From positions 27,592,001 through 27,656,000 of the forward strand of contig NC_087250.1 in assembly GCF_037042905.1 (NCBI RefSeq): DNA of 64,000 bases. The letters are read 5' to 3'. The stretch is from Lytechinus pictus. Its lineage: Eukaryota. Below are positions 11,418 through 24,016 of the stretch, one piece after another; positions within the stretch are counted from its first letter, which is position 1, and every line of letters starts with the position of its first letter. The position numbers were made by a program, and so were the translations under genes. The notes under the pieces are model-generated. The model ran no database searches, had not been told where the DNA came from, and saw only the letters and a list, made by a program, of their open reading frames with translations.

Positions 11418-14400
11418 TTACAACCAGGTACAATGGAGAAATCAACAAAGGAATTCTGAAGGGCATGTATGTGTCAGTCACTATCGGTGGGACACAGCTG
11501 AGTTTTCTGGTAGACACAGGAGCAACAGATACATACATCTCCAAGTCAGGCTATAGGAAACTACAAGAGAAGCCTACAATTCAAACTACTACAGAGAAGG
11601 TTATGCTTGCAGATGGCTCACAACTAGAGGTGGATGGAAAGATCCACACAGAAGTGATTATAGGCCAGGGGAAGGCAAGTATCACCCTGATTGTCGCTGA
11701 TATCTGTAGCGATGGAGTCTTGGGCATGGATAATCTTCTACAGTTAGGAGCAAGGCTTAACTTGGAGACTGCTACAATGGAAACCAAGTGGGGTTCAGTT
11801 CAGTGTCGCCATGAAGACAACACTAGAACTTGCTTCCGCATCATAGCTACTGAGATGTACACCATACCGGCAGGCCGAGAAGGCATCATTACAGGAAAAG
11901 TACTGGATGGGGTTTCAGATGACGTTACAGGCATGGTCGAAGCATCAAATGATAGACGTCAACTTACACAGAAAGGCATCATCTTGGCCAGGACCCTCGT
12001 CAGAACTAGTAATGGAGCAGTCCCAGTTAGAGTATACAACCCTACAGGATCACAACGTGTGATAAAGAAGGGGACAGGGCTAGGATATTTGTCGGCAGTA
12101 TCAGAACCAGATATCCGAGCATCTCATCTTTCCAGTGAGGAGATTGATCTACCAGAGTATCTGACTGATTTGTACGAGCGGAGTATACAAGAGGTGCCAG
12201 AGCAGTACCATGCACCTATTGCTAAGCTTCTGACTACATACCAGGATGTCTTTTCCAAAGGAGACTATGACTTGGGGAAAACCAATCTGGTGAAACATAC
12301 AGTTGACACCGGACAGACCAGGCCAATCAAACAGAGGCCACGGAAACATCCGTTTGGACAGAGAGATGTAATCAGGAAGCATGTCAATGATCTTCTGGAC
12401 AGGGAACTCATCGAGCCTTCAGACAGTCCATGGGCAGCCAACATCGTCTTAGTTAAGAAGAAAGACGGCTCCCAGCGCTTCTGTGTTGATTACAGGCAAC
12501 TGAATAGTGTTACCATCAAGGATGAATATCCTCTCCCTCGTATCGACGAGACCCTTGATGCACTCTCTGGAGCCAAATGGTTTTCAACGTTGGACCTTGC
12601 TAGTGGGTACTGGCAGGTAGAGCTTGACTCGGATGCTAAGAGGAAGTCAGCTTTCCTCGCAGATGGGGGACTGTATGCCTGGAAGGTCATGCCTTTCGGC
12701 ATGTGCAACGCCCCAGCAACGTTTGAAAGACTCATGGACCAGGTATTGAGAGGACTACACTGGGAGACGCTATTGGTCTATTTGGATGACGTGATCGTGT
12801 TCGGGAAATCCATTGATGAGGAGATGGCGAGGCTGCAGCAGGTGTTTGAACGTCTAAGACAGACAGGGCTGAAGTTGAAGCCAAAGAAGTGCAACTTGTT
12901 CAAGACTTCTGTTTCATACCTCGGGCACGTCGTCTCTGCAGAAGGTATATCGACTGAGAAGGACAAAACAGAAACAATCAGGACATGGCCCAGACCCGAG
13001 TCAGTGAGGGAGGTCCGTGGATTCTTAGGCCTTGCATCTTACTATCGTCGCTTTGTTGAAGGCTTTGCCAGAATTGCTAGGCCTCTGCATCAACTGACAG
13101 AGAAAGGACGGAAGTTTGAGTGGAACCAGGACTGCCAAGAAGCTTTCGAGGAACTGAAGCACAGACTAGTCACGGCTCCAATACTGGTATACCCTACCGA
13201 GGAGGGAAGATTCATTCTGGACACAGACGCCAGCAATGATGGTATCGGCGGTGTAGTCTCCCAGATACAGAATGGCCAGGAACGGGTCATTGCCTATGGA
13301 AGCCGAGTCCTAAGCAAACCAGAAAGAAACTACTGTGTAACACGTAAGGAACTACTTGCTGTAGTAGTGTACCTCAAACATTACAAGCAGTATTTGTATG
13401 GTCGCCACGTCCAGGTGAGGACTGATCATGGAGCTCTGAGATGGCTGATGAATTTCCGGCAACCTGAAGGTCAGCTGGCAAGATGGCTGGAAGTCATATC
13501 AAGCTACGACATTGAGATTATACATAGGGCTGGAAGGATTCACAGCAATGCTGACGCTCTATCACGGAGACCATGCAGGCAGTGTAAGCGAGAAGGAGGC
13601 TGCATATACGGAGGAGACACTGGGAATATCAACGTCATCACGTTGAGGAATGACAACCTAGCTGACATCCAAGAGGCCCAGCAGGAAGATCCTTACATAA
13701 ATCCAGTCAGGAATGCACTGGTGGAAGGGAGGAAGCCATCCCGGGAAGAGGCGACGGCATATCCTTTTAAGGTCAAGGTTCTTCTGGATCACTGGGACCA
13801 GCTAGAGGTCAAAGATGGTGTTCTGTACAGAAGGTGGGAATCAGAAGATGGAAGAGATGTCAGGTGGCGTTATGTACTACCTAAAGTTCTGATACCGGAG
13901 GTGCTACAGGACCTGCACTCCTCTCCAATGGCAGGACATCTTGGTATGACGAAGACTCTACACAAGGTACAGGAACGTTTCTACTGGGTAGGAATGAAGG
14001 AAGAAGTCAGATCCTTCATTAGGCAATGTCCAGACTGCGCTCGCCGACAGAAGGCAGGACCAGGGAAAAGAGCTCCGCTACAGCAGAGGCAGAGTGGATA
14101 TCCGATGGAGAGGGTCGCCCTGGACATCATGGGACCATTGCCAGTTACTGATGACGGGAACAAGTACATTCTTGTGGTAGCTGACTATTATACAAAGTAT
14201 GTCGAGGCATATGCAATACCAGATGAAAGAGCTGTAACAGTGGCACGGAAGCTAGTGGACGAATTCATCTGCCGCTACGGAGGAGTTCCTAATGAGATAC
14301 ATAGTGACCAGGGCAGGAACTTCGAGTCCAACATCTTCCAAGAAGTGTGTCAACTACTGGGTGTCAGAAAGACAAGGACGACACCGTACAACCCAAAGAG

Positions 14401-15166
14401 TGATGGGATGGTTGAAAGGTTCAACCGTACGCTGATCAACATTCTTGCTACCCTATTGGATCCAGAGAAGCACCAGCGGGACTGGGACAGGTATATACCC
14501 TACGCCACAGCTGCATACAGAAGCTCCACGCACGACACAATCAAGGAGACTCCAAACATGATGATGTTTGGCCGAGAGGTTTCACTGCCTATCGATTTGC
14601 AGTTCTCCAAACAGGATGGAAGAGAGTGGACTGACTATGCTCAGCAGCTGAGGGAGAGAATGGAAGAGACATACCAGAGGGCCCAGCAACGTAAGGGTGT
14701 TGAATTGAGACGCCAGAAAAGGAACTATGATCGGAAATCAGATGGGAAACTCTATGAAGCTGGACAGTTCGTATGGCTCCGCAACAATGCCAGGAAGAAA
14801 GGAGTCAGCCCCAAATTGTCACCTAAATGGGAAGGTCCCTACCAGGTGGTTTCTAGACTTTCCGACGTGACCTATCGTATCCAGAGATCCCCCAGGAGCA
14901 AACTAAGAGTGGTACACTTCGACCGCCTGAAGCTCTACAACGGATATGATGTACCAGAGGCCTGGAGGACTCAGCCAGCCGACCTAACAGACAAGGTGAC
15001 TACCAATCGTGAACCAGATGTTGTGGATGATGGACAACCTACTCAGGCTTCTACTGAGACTACAGTGGAACCAGGAATTCCATTACCTGATGATTCTAGT
15101 GACCCAGACGTCAACCCTTCACGCTATCCTAGGAGGCGGAGAAGGCCTCCAGACTATTTATATTGA
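11261..15166 (+). CDS. pol: Pol polyprotein (protease, RT, RNase H, integrase) in the -1 frame relative to gag
   Basis: LVDTGA protease, MPFG and YLDD RT motifs, DTDAS / TDH RNase H, HHCC (H...GHLG...CPDC) and D,D,E integrase core, GPY motif. No internal stops. Confidence 0.97.
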   Translation: MQKEDERRGSDSSSRATISELNKRSKVAPGGHGAAVEPGSTSPSIPNATQPIVTTRYNGEINKGILKGMYVSVTIGGTQLSFLVDTGATDTYISKSGYRKLQEKPTIQTTTEKVMLADGSQLEVDGKIHTEVIIGQGKASITLIVADICSDGVLGMDNLLQLGARLNLETATMETKWGSVQCRHEDNTRTCFRIIATEMYTIPAGREGIITGKVLDGVSDDVTGMVEASNDRRQLTQKGIILARTLVRTSNGAVPVRVYNPTGSQRVIKKGTGLGYLSAVSEPDIRASHLSSEEIDLPEYLTDLYERSIQEVPEQYHAPIAKLLTTYQDVFSKGDYDLGKTNLVKHTVDTGQTRPIKQRPRKHPFGQRDVIRKHVNDLLDRELIEPSDSPWAANIVLVKKKDGSQRFCVDYRQLNSVTIKDEYPLPRIDETLDALSGAKWFSTLDLASGYWQVELDSDAKRKSAFLADGGLYAWKVMPFGMCNAPATFERLMDQVLRGLHWETLLVYLDDVIVFGKSIDEEMARLQQVFERLRQTGLKLKPKKCNLFKTSVSYLGHVVSAEGISTEKDKTETIRTWPRPESVREVRGFLGLASYYRRFVEGFARIARPLHQLTEKGRKFEWNQDCQEAFEELKHRLVTAPILVYPTEEGRFILDTDASNDGIGGVVSQIQNGQERVIAYGSRVLSKPERNYCVTRKELLAVVVYLKHYKQYLYGRHVQVRTDHGALRWLMNFRQPEGQLARWLEVISSYDIEIIHRAGRIHSNADALSRRPCRQCKREGGCIYGGDTGNINVITLRNDNLADIQEAQQEDPYINPVRNALVEGRKPSREEATAYPFKVKVLLDHWDQLEVKDGVLYRRWESEDGRDVRWRYVLPKVLIPEVLQDLHSSPMAGHLGMTKTLHKVQERFYWVGMKEEVRSFIRQCPDCARRQKAGPGKRAPLQQRQSGYPMERVALDIMGPLPVTDDGNKYILVVADYYTKYVEAYAIPDERAVTVARKLVDEFICRYGGVPNEIHSDQGRNFESNIFQEVCQLLGVRKTRTTPYNPKSDGMVERFNRTLINILATLLDPEKHQRDWDRYIPYATAAYRSSTHDTIKETPNMMMFGREVSLPIDLQFSKQDGREWTDYAQQLRERMEETYQRAQQRKGVELRRQKRNYDRKSDGKLYEAGQFVWLRNNARKKGVSPKLSPKWEGPYQVVSRLSDVTYRIQRSPRSKLRVVHFDRLKLYNGYDVPEAWRTQPADLTDKVTTNREPDVVDDGQPTQASTETTVEPGIPLPDDSSDPDVNPSRYPRRRRRPPDYLY

Positions 15167-15832
15167 ACACTCATAACATTCAATCTGCAGATAGATGTGG
15201 AACTGTATTCTAGCTGTTTCTAAAACTGACAAATTGTTAATATATATCGTTCTATGGATTTACTGCGTGGTCTAAAAGAAGACGCGAGGATTCTGACGGT
15301 TGAAGAATGAACTAATCAGATAGAAGCACTAATCCACACAAACTGTTGAACCAATGTGGAAAACAACCCAATCTATACTGGACTTGTCTATATATAAATG
15401 TTTCGCCCTATTTATGTCGTAGTGTAAGTCATTTATTTGTTTTGTGAAACACCACACCATTATCTTTTCGGATAATATTGTTCAAGGAGGTGTCCTCGAC
15501 TCACATATATTTATAAAACTAATTTTGCATAGAAGCACTCGCTGTAATGTTTATATTCAGAGTTAATGCCCACAGAGTGAACACGTTTCATATTGCTAAT
15601 GAGAATGATGATAATGTTGCTATCAATGAGAGCTTACAGAAATAAGTTATGGAAGCTGCAGAGAGATTGATTGTACATAGTATCCATATAAGGAGTGTAT
15701 ATAAGAGGACATAACTCTCAGTATGATTAATACAGCGATGCATATAATTCAATACATTTTGGTTGCTTTGTCAAATTGTTTGGAATCCCTCTGCTAATGT
15801 GAGGATAAAACAAATGTGAGGACACATTCCTT

Positions 15833-15843
15833 GAAGAGGGGGG
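15833..15843 (+). promoter_or_regulatory. Polypurine tract
   Basis: GAAGAGGGGGG ending 3 nt before the 3' LTR. Confidence 0.85.
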
Positions 15844-15846
15844 CTG

Positions 15847-16737
15847 TGTAGCGAACCCGTCCGCTACGGTTTTTAGTTATAATGCAGTAAACGTAGATGG
15901 CGCTATAGCATTTGGTGCGTTAGAATTCAATGATCGACTTACGCTACGCACTGCGTAAGGCAGCTCTCGGAGACTATAAATAGCGGAGTTTCGCGGTGAT
16001 CTCGTCACTCGTCACAACTGGGCGTTGTGGCGTGTGCCTGCAATCCAAGCTGTGTGGGGAAGTTACAAATTGATGCAGAGGTTCGAGGTTCGAGCCCTGG
16101 TCACGTCTTTCGGATGGTGACGTTAAAGGTCGGTCCCAGACGTAAATAATCATATCTGATTGATACACGTCTGACAAAAACTAAAATACACACACACGAT
16201 CTCGTCACTTCGACGCTGGCGGAGGTCGGAGTCGGACGAAGAACCCCCTGCGCTCCACTCCAACTGGGCTGAATCAAGAAAAGGTTTGGAAATGAACATT
16301 GCTCGCTTAATTTCTACTACTGCAAATACAATTCTGGATAATTGGTGACGGTGTTAAAGGTGATAACATGTAAGAGATGCTGAATGTATAATTAAATTAT
16401 GACCGTTGTCATAAACCAAATGTAATCATCGTCTCCAACCTGTGTGATCTATGGAATCCCTATTGACTTCTACAGTATAAGCCTTCCCATAGAGATTATA
16501 CAGCTCCAATAGAAATCCCCTGTAATTCTATATTTCACCTGTTCACACTACCTCTCAACACTCCACCCCCATATATTTTGGGAAAACGGAACACGCCCGG
16601 GTCTCTACATAACGCCATACGGAAACCGCTCGCATTAAGGATGGCTAGCAATTCATCAACAGATGAAGGTGATAGAGGCAAGGAACAGGCCGGCCCCCCA
16701 GCATCTAGGACCCGATCCAAGACGGAGGGCCGCCACA
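15847..16737 (+). repeat. 3' LTR (891 bp), carrying a 200-bp SINE insertion and a 35-bp segment absent from the 5' LTR
   Basis: Direct repeat of 9182-9835. The 237-bp length difference is accounted for as 200+35+1+1. Confidence 0.95.
16017..16197 (+). mobile_element. SINE with 7SL(Alu-domain)-like head and (CA)n tail, copy 1, inserted in the 3' LTR
   Basis: Absent from the 5' LTR. 12-bp TSD GATCTCGTCACT (15998-16009, 16198-16209). Near-identical to 29725-29901. Confidence 0.88.
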
Positions 16738-17783
16738 GTATATTCATGAAGACATGCAGAGGCCCGTCTCATCAGAACAATGAAAGTGCTTAAAATATCA
16801 AAAATCTATCATTTCTTATCCGGTTTCAATGACATTGTCAGTATTTTAATTGTCTCATTTTACTTTTTCTATTCAAATCATATTATATCCAAGCCTGGAA
16901 TACCCCCTTTAAGCTTCCTTTCTTAGGCACGTCATCCCACATGAAATAATAATATTTGTTGACAACGAAACTACATAATTTTTATCATGTCATCTCTGCC
17001 TTCCAGAAGGTGTACGTTTTTCATTGAATCACATGGATCCTTTTAATTTATACATTTTTTTTTATATATCTATATGATACACTGAAATATGAAGAGTTAA
17101 TGGACGAGGAGTAATGTTCAATACTTAATTATTATATTGCCCCCTTTCCTGTCCAAACGACGGTGTAATATTCGCAACAATCACCCTCATGAACATTTGG
17201 TATTTGCATACTATACCAGCATGCTGACAATCACCATGTAGAAGCATGCTCATTATAACTGTAACGTTAAATATTTTTTAAATGATATGTTATTTTTCCT
17301 GTCTAACCATCCTTGTGATCCCATACATAGTGTTGTGCATATAAAGAGTTTAGTTACAAAAGGGGTTAGGTCCACTATGGACCATTTCGAGTAAAAAACA
17401 TGTTTTTTATTCTCACTTATGTAATGTTATGTTGGTGGAATGACACTGTATATCACTGAGATGGACACGTGACTGATTGAACTCTCAAATAACAAGTTTA
17501 TTAACAACCACTTAGCAACCACGCGCATGCGTAAACATATATCATAACCAGGGCCGTAGCTGGAGGGGGGGGGGGGGTATGGGGGTGTGACCCCCCCCCC
17601 CCCCAACATTCATGGCAGTCGGCAAAATCATGTACCAGTTGGCAAAATGGAGGATAGGGGAAAAAGAAAGAGGGAAAGAAAGGAAGAGAAAAAAGAAAGA
17701 AGGAGAGAGGGGAGAGAAAGAAAAAGAAAGAAAGAAAGAGAGAGAGAGGGGGAGAAAGGGGGGGGGGGGGGAGAAAGTGAGAT

Positions 17784-17830
<47 letters not shown>

Positions 17831-17832
17831 AA

Positions 17833-18062
17833 TAATAATAATGATAATAATAGGCATTTATATAGCGCCATCTATCTAGAAATATTATATTCCGAGGCGC
17901 GTTGTTATTATTATTATCACCCCGGCTTTAGCTCGAGCTGCCTTTCAGCGCTCATGCATTCAAGGAATTAATCCTGCCAGGTACCCATTCACCTCACCTG
18001 GATCGAGTGCAGCACAATGTGGATAAATTTCTTGCTGAAGGAAATTACGCCATGGCTGGGAT
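17833..18062 (-). mobile_element. 5'-truncated tRNA-type SINE inserted in a (GAAA)n tract
   Basis: Minus strand ATCCCAGCCATGGCG...GCACTCGATCCAGGTGAGGTGAATGGGTACC...GCGCTATATAAATGCC(TAT)n. The body resembles the SINE at 57155. Confidence 0.7.
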
Positions 18063-18200
<138 letters not shown>

Positions 18201-19909
18201 AAAAAGGAAAGAAAAATAGGGGTACTAACTACGAAGAAGGTTACGACTTTTAGAGTAAAGACAACCAGGTGGCAAATCCAAGTCCATGTAGCCAGGCTTA
18301 GAGCCCTACTAGTCAGCAAAATACAAAGGACAAAACAGATGGAGCTATAATAACACACAAAGTAAGCCCCCGGTCCTCCCCCAATATAATTGAGTTTGCA
18401 AATTATACCACAATTATTGACGATTTAACAAACACATTAGTTTTGTTAAATTAGAAGCAAGACTAGGTAAATAAATATGGGGTGGGATGAATTTCCAAGG
18501 TTTAAGTTGAATAATCAAAGCCAAAGTATAGTTGGCAAATTATAAAGTGGGCCTATTAAAGTGGCAGAACACTATACGCTCTACCAGTCAGCAAAGTGAT
18601 ATACAAGTACTGCCCCGTTTCAGATCTGAAAATAACAGAACTAAAGACTTAAAAAACTGGTAACTCTTCAGTTGGCAAATTCATGAAGACAAGTCTACAA
18701 CTTGTAGACTTGTCTACAAGTTTGCAGTTGGCAAAAAACACAAAAATGTTCTAAGTTATTTTTACTAAATTCTGTCGCCGAAGATTTTTTTTAATTTATG
18801 GTGTCAGAATGTGCTTGGGGTGGGGATGGGTGGGAGTGGGGGCAGGTTGGAGTTGCATCATTCCTGGTGCTCTTATTGTCTGACTAATGAGATATATAGT
18901 CCTGTTGTATTTTAAGTCCATATTAAGATTATGCACCAAATTATCTCCTCGCACTTCAAGTTATTATTGTTTTATGTAGTGCCATATGCTTTTTTCATGA
19001 CTATATACTTAAAGTGATTGCCCCCTTTTAAGGCCTTAATAAAACATTTCCAGTCTGTGCTTACGTCCGCATTGGTGTGGACCGATATAGATACAGGGCT
19101 GGTGTTAAATCAACACTGGCGTTTTTGCAGTGCACGAATTCCTAAAGACAGTCCTTAAAATGTCCCTTTTTCTGATCTAATTATAATAAATGGCTTGTCA
19201 TTTGGGCACTTTTTGGAGTTTTAAAAGTGAAATACGAAGGCTTTCGTGCACACTTTTGGTGAATTTTGTGATAATTTTCAATAGAAAAATAAGTTTTTAA
19301 AAATTTAGGGGTCATCATGCCCCCGTATTGTCGTTGCGAGCATTTTGGGGCCAGGGTGAAATCGCCCCAAACGCCTCAAACAGACACTCCAAAATGTATT
19401 TGAAGTGCATTATTAGAACTGAAACTTATCTTTACACCAGGAAAAATTAACTTAACAAAATAAGCAACAAGAAATATTTATAAAAAGTAGAAGGGCCTGT
19501 ACAAGTATACTGATATTTCACTCTCTCAGCTCATATGCACTTGATCGACTTCCATCGAGGATTCAGGCTAAATTCCGCCCGCCACTTCCGGGGACCAACC
19601 AACGTAGTATTTCGATGAAGAGCACTCCGTCGATTCACCGGTTGTCCCTACGATACACGCGCGCCTATGGGGATTGTGAACTGTAGGAAAAATCGTATAA
19701 AATTACACTTTTTGATATTTCTACGAAGACGAAGTTATATAGAAAATGAAGAATATTACAATCAGACCATATCCCTAGAAAATTGCTTCAAGAAATGTAA
19801 TTATGAAGAGGAAATGGACAAAAATTTGTGAAGAAAAATCACGAAAAAGGAAATCGCATCATGAATATTGATATCATGGGCGGTCCCACATTTGCATGTT
19901 ATAGCGAGT

Positions 19910-20986
19910 TTTCCATTATTTAATAAATAATGGCATTATTTAATAAATAATGGTTATTTGTATATAAATAATGATTATTTGTATATAATGGCAAACTGTA
20001 AAAATTGTTTATAAATAATGATTATTTATAAACAATGGGATATTGAAACTAAATTATTATTTATAAATAACGAAGTAGATATTTCATTATTTAACAAATA
20101 ATCTTTATTTATAAATAATGGAAAACTCGAACATTAAATAATGATTATTTATAAATAATGAGAATAATGGTGCACTCGAAAAAATTATTTATAAATAATG
20201 AAGTAGACGTTTTCATTATTTAACAAATAATCATTATTTATAAATAATGGAAAACTCAACAAATTATTTATAATTAAAGAAATGTGCACTGGCATTGATA
20301 ATAAATAATAATTATTTATAAATAATAGAAAACTTATTTATAAATAACGGAAAAACGAATTGCAATTATTTATAAATAATGAAGTATGTAGTGTCATTAT
20401 TTATAAATAATGAAGTATGTAGTGTCATTATTTATAAATAATATAAAAACAAATAATCATTATTTATAACTAATGAAAAACAAATAATCATTGTTTATAA
20501 ATAATGAAAAACAAATAATCATTATTTATAAATAATGAAAAACAAATAATCATTATTTATAACTAATGAAAAACAAATAATCATTATTTGTAAATAATGA
20601 AAAACAAATAATCATTATTGATAAATAATGAAAAACAAATAATCATTATTTACAAATAATGAAAAACAAATAATCATTATTTGTAAATAATGAAAAACAA
20701 ATAATCATTATTTATAGATAATGAAAAACAAATAATCATTATTTATAAATAATGAAAAACAAATAATTATTATTTATAAATAATGGAATGTCGAACTATT
20801 ATTATTTACAAATAATGAAGTATTACTTGGAATTATATATAAATAATTAGAAATGATATTTTATATAATAGTAGTTATTTACAAATAAAATGTAAATTAT
20901 ATATAAATAATAGTTATTATTTAATAAATAATGATTATATAACAAATAATTGTTCTATATAATATTGGTACATTCGGCGCCTCATA
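19910..20986. repeat. AT-rich satellite, including ~11 copies of a 31-bp unit (TAATGAAAAACAAATAATCATTATTTATAAA); related to the core of the foldback element
   Basis: Tandem array at 20440-20780. Ends in GGTACATTCGGCGCCTCATA, matching 37200-37219. Confidence 0.85.
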
Positions 20987-22606
20987 TAGTGGTTATTACA
21001 TGAATGGAACAAAAAATTGATTCCATTGACTCGAAATCCTCCGGAGCACTGCCACTGGAATTGGTGTCAGACGATGAAACAAAGAGCGTGATTGGTTGTA
21101 AGCTAGTCAGTCCGCAAATCACGCTATGAGTGCTGTATTGTGATTGGTTATTTTCACCGAGGAAATGAGAAAATCTCGGCAGTTTTTGTATGATATTTTT
21201 CATTTTTTTAAGAAAACGTGCAAGTTTTGTCTCTGACGAGTTCGACATATGATTTTAGAATTATTTTTTACACATGTCGACAAAGTTGTAGGTAGATACA
21301 AAATTTGAGGCACGAAACGGAAGAAAAAAGCCCGCGGTCTATATTTTGTTCACCTGAAGGTTTTATTCAGCTTGGGTCGGCTGTATTTGGCAGTTAATGA
21401 TACGCGTACCGCCTTGACCGAACTGTGCGAAGTCTGTGTGGTCTGTGTGGTAGAGATAGGCCGGGCCGTAAACACTACTTCTTGGGGGTGCATAAATTGC
21501 CCTAATTAAGTTTATTATTTGTGACAAAATAGAATCACTGTAATTTGTTTATGATATTAACTGTGGTACGACATAAGGATAACGGAGCAGCTTCTGTTTA
21601 TGTTAAGATATAGACATATAAAGAAAATAGGAAGTTTTCTTGTGATGACCAAAAAGTATAAATATTATTCTCTGATTCTGTACTCCCGAGTTCAGGTTCA
21701 GTTGTCTTAGCGACGCGTTGTTTACTACTGCGCGCATTGTGTGTGTACGTGATTATTGCATAGAGATGTATTCGGCGTATTCTGTGTGGTGTAGGGCCTA
21801 TACACCGTTCATGCGCTGCACGTATACGTATATGCACACATTATTCATCCCTGGATTTGGCTTCTTAAAATGAGACAAGCATGATTTACCGTGAAAATTG
21901 ACGGAGCTAAATATTAATCAATCAATATGAATTTTATATGTATGAAAGCTTACATGTTACATATCCCTGTCTGGGAACGAGGATTTCCAAATCTAACGCA
22001 AAACGCGCTGCTGCCAGGTTGAACATCGTATACCAAAATCCAATCGAGCACATGCAGTGCGACCAATTAATGGATATTGTGCATGATAAGAACAAAAAAG
22101 TTAATTGCATTGTAAAGTTTAACCTAAAAGTGACGAAGGTTTTTTTTCAAGAATGGGCATGATTTTACATGTAATGAAAAGGAAATGTTCTCTTCTTCTT
22201 CTTATATCTAGGACGAGGATATTGTACCCCCTTTCAATTTTTGATAGGAGAGGAAAGAGTATAAAGAGTTGATATATAGGCATACTAAAATAGACAATCG
22301 TGCGCAGTGCGACTAATCAATTAACGTAGATTATGCGTGATAAGTACAAAAAAGTTCATTGGATTGTAAAGTTTGACCTAAAAAACACGGCGGTTTTTTT
22401 TCAACCAATCAGGTTGAACCTTATATCACAAGAAAGAGTTACAACCTGTCTATCTGATAGTCTTTGAACTGAGACATTTTGATACGAAAGTCAGACGCTG
22501 TAAGAGTTAGACGCAGTGCAAAAAGTTCTTCTCTCACACAAAAACACGAGAAACTGTGTATTTTCAGTAAAAAAACACGGTTGTTTTTTTAGAGAGTCAA
22601 AAAGGG

Positions 22607-22645
22607 GCCTAAGCTTTCGATCCTAGCAGAATCTTCGTCGGAGGC
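22607..22645 (-). ncRNA. Minimal type I hammerhead ribozyme-like motif in the Penelope 3' region
   Basis: Minus strand: GCCT-CCGACGA-A-GATTCT GCT AGGATC-GAAA-GCTT-AGGC. Stem I GCCT/AGGC, variant core CCGACGA (consensus CUGAnGA), stem II, GAAA, palindromic AAGCTT stem III. Confidence 0.65.
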
Positions 22646-24016
22646 AAAATGACAAACATATAAAGTGGAACAACCATAATATAGACCACATACAAGCTAC
22701 AGCAACACTAGAAACAAGGAGACAAAAGGGGCATAAGTGAGTAGAGAAGACCAATCAGGTTAGTGAAGGGGATGAAAGAAAATGAGTAGGCAGACACAAA
22801 GGGAAGTTAGTGTAAGTAAGGCCAGTAAAAGACCTCAAGCCAAGAGGGATTAAGATAATGAGGCAGGCAACATCAAACAGGATCTGGAACAAAAATGCAG
22901 TGATAGAGGGTATGAGGAAGAGATGAATAACAAGATAATTAGTGAGAGGTGGGTCAAACAGGTTACAAAGAAAGGCATAATAAACTGGTGCATAAGAGTG
23001 GGGAAAAAAAGGAAAAGAATGGGGAACAACTGGTAATGTGCAAAAGACATATAAGTATATATGATAAAGCATTAAACAAACTAAGAGAAGAAGGTAAGTG
23101 TAAATATGTAACTATAAGTGACATGTATATAACTATATCCAAAAAAGAAATGTATATGAAAAAATATGAATACACATATGGTGTAACTGATATTGTAATC
23201 CGCTAGGTGTGACAGGAAAAAACATAAGACTATATAGTAGGGGAAAAAAAAAAAAAAACAACAACCTGTATTTGTGAAAAAGAGGAAGCAAATTGCCTAA
23301 AAAGGTAAAAGCAAATATAGAAGAGAGGGGGTGTATTATGAAGAAACCATAGTATACATGTAAATAAGCAAATGTGGTAAATCTAAAAGAGGTGATCGAG
23401 TGGAGAAAACAAAAAAATATATATAATAATTTTTATGTCGCCTGAATAAGGAAGGAAAGGTGGGAGGAAAGTAGAGGAAGAAACTATAATGTAACTATTC
23501 AAAAGAGCTGAGGGGAAAAAATTATATGTATATATAAATTGAAAGTGGATAGGAGAGAATAATCAGTCGTTCCCCTCTTGGATGTTCAGGCCATGAGGTT
23601 GGGTGGTGCGAAGTCGTCTCATCCAGAGCTTCTCTCTGCTAGTACAGTACGGACTGAGTCAGGACGGTACCTATAGATTCGATGCCCTGTAGCATCATGT
23701 CAGTGATGGAGTGGTTGGGGAGGTTAAAATGGCGGCCAACTGGAGTGTCCAGCTTTGCTGTGTTGACGGTGGATCTGTGCCCGTAGAATCGTTTCTTGAG
23801 TGTGGTCTTGGTTTCCCCTATGTATTGTACCCTACAAACTCTGCAAGTGATGAGATATACAACATTAGTGGTAGTGCATGTGATGTTGCCCTTGATTTGG
23901 TGAGACAGGCTGGTGGAGTTGCTGGTGAAAGTGTCGCCCTCGTGAAGAAGGTGTATTTCACATATATGATGCACCGGCCTGTTGCTGGTGCATTTGAAGG
24001 TGCCATGCTGTATATG

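Larger units (their letters stand above)
9182..16737 (+). mobile_element. Full-length Ty3/Gypsy LTR retrotransposon
   Basis: TG...CA LTRs at 9182-9835 and 15847-16737, 4-bp TSD GTAT (9178-9181, 16738-16741), PBS, PPT, and intact gag and pol with PR-RT-RH-IN order. Confidence 0.97.

Noticed and set aside
10019..14169. Multiple antisense ORFs within gag-pol
   Set aside because: Short shadow ORFs expected opposite long coding frames.
16017..16060. Human Alu contamination or a genuine 7SL gene
   Set aside because: Similarity covers only ~45 nt; there is no Alu dimer, poly-A tail or SRP S domain, and the element is integrated with a TSD in a host LTR.
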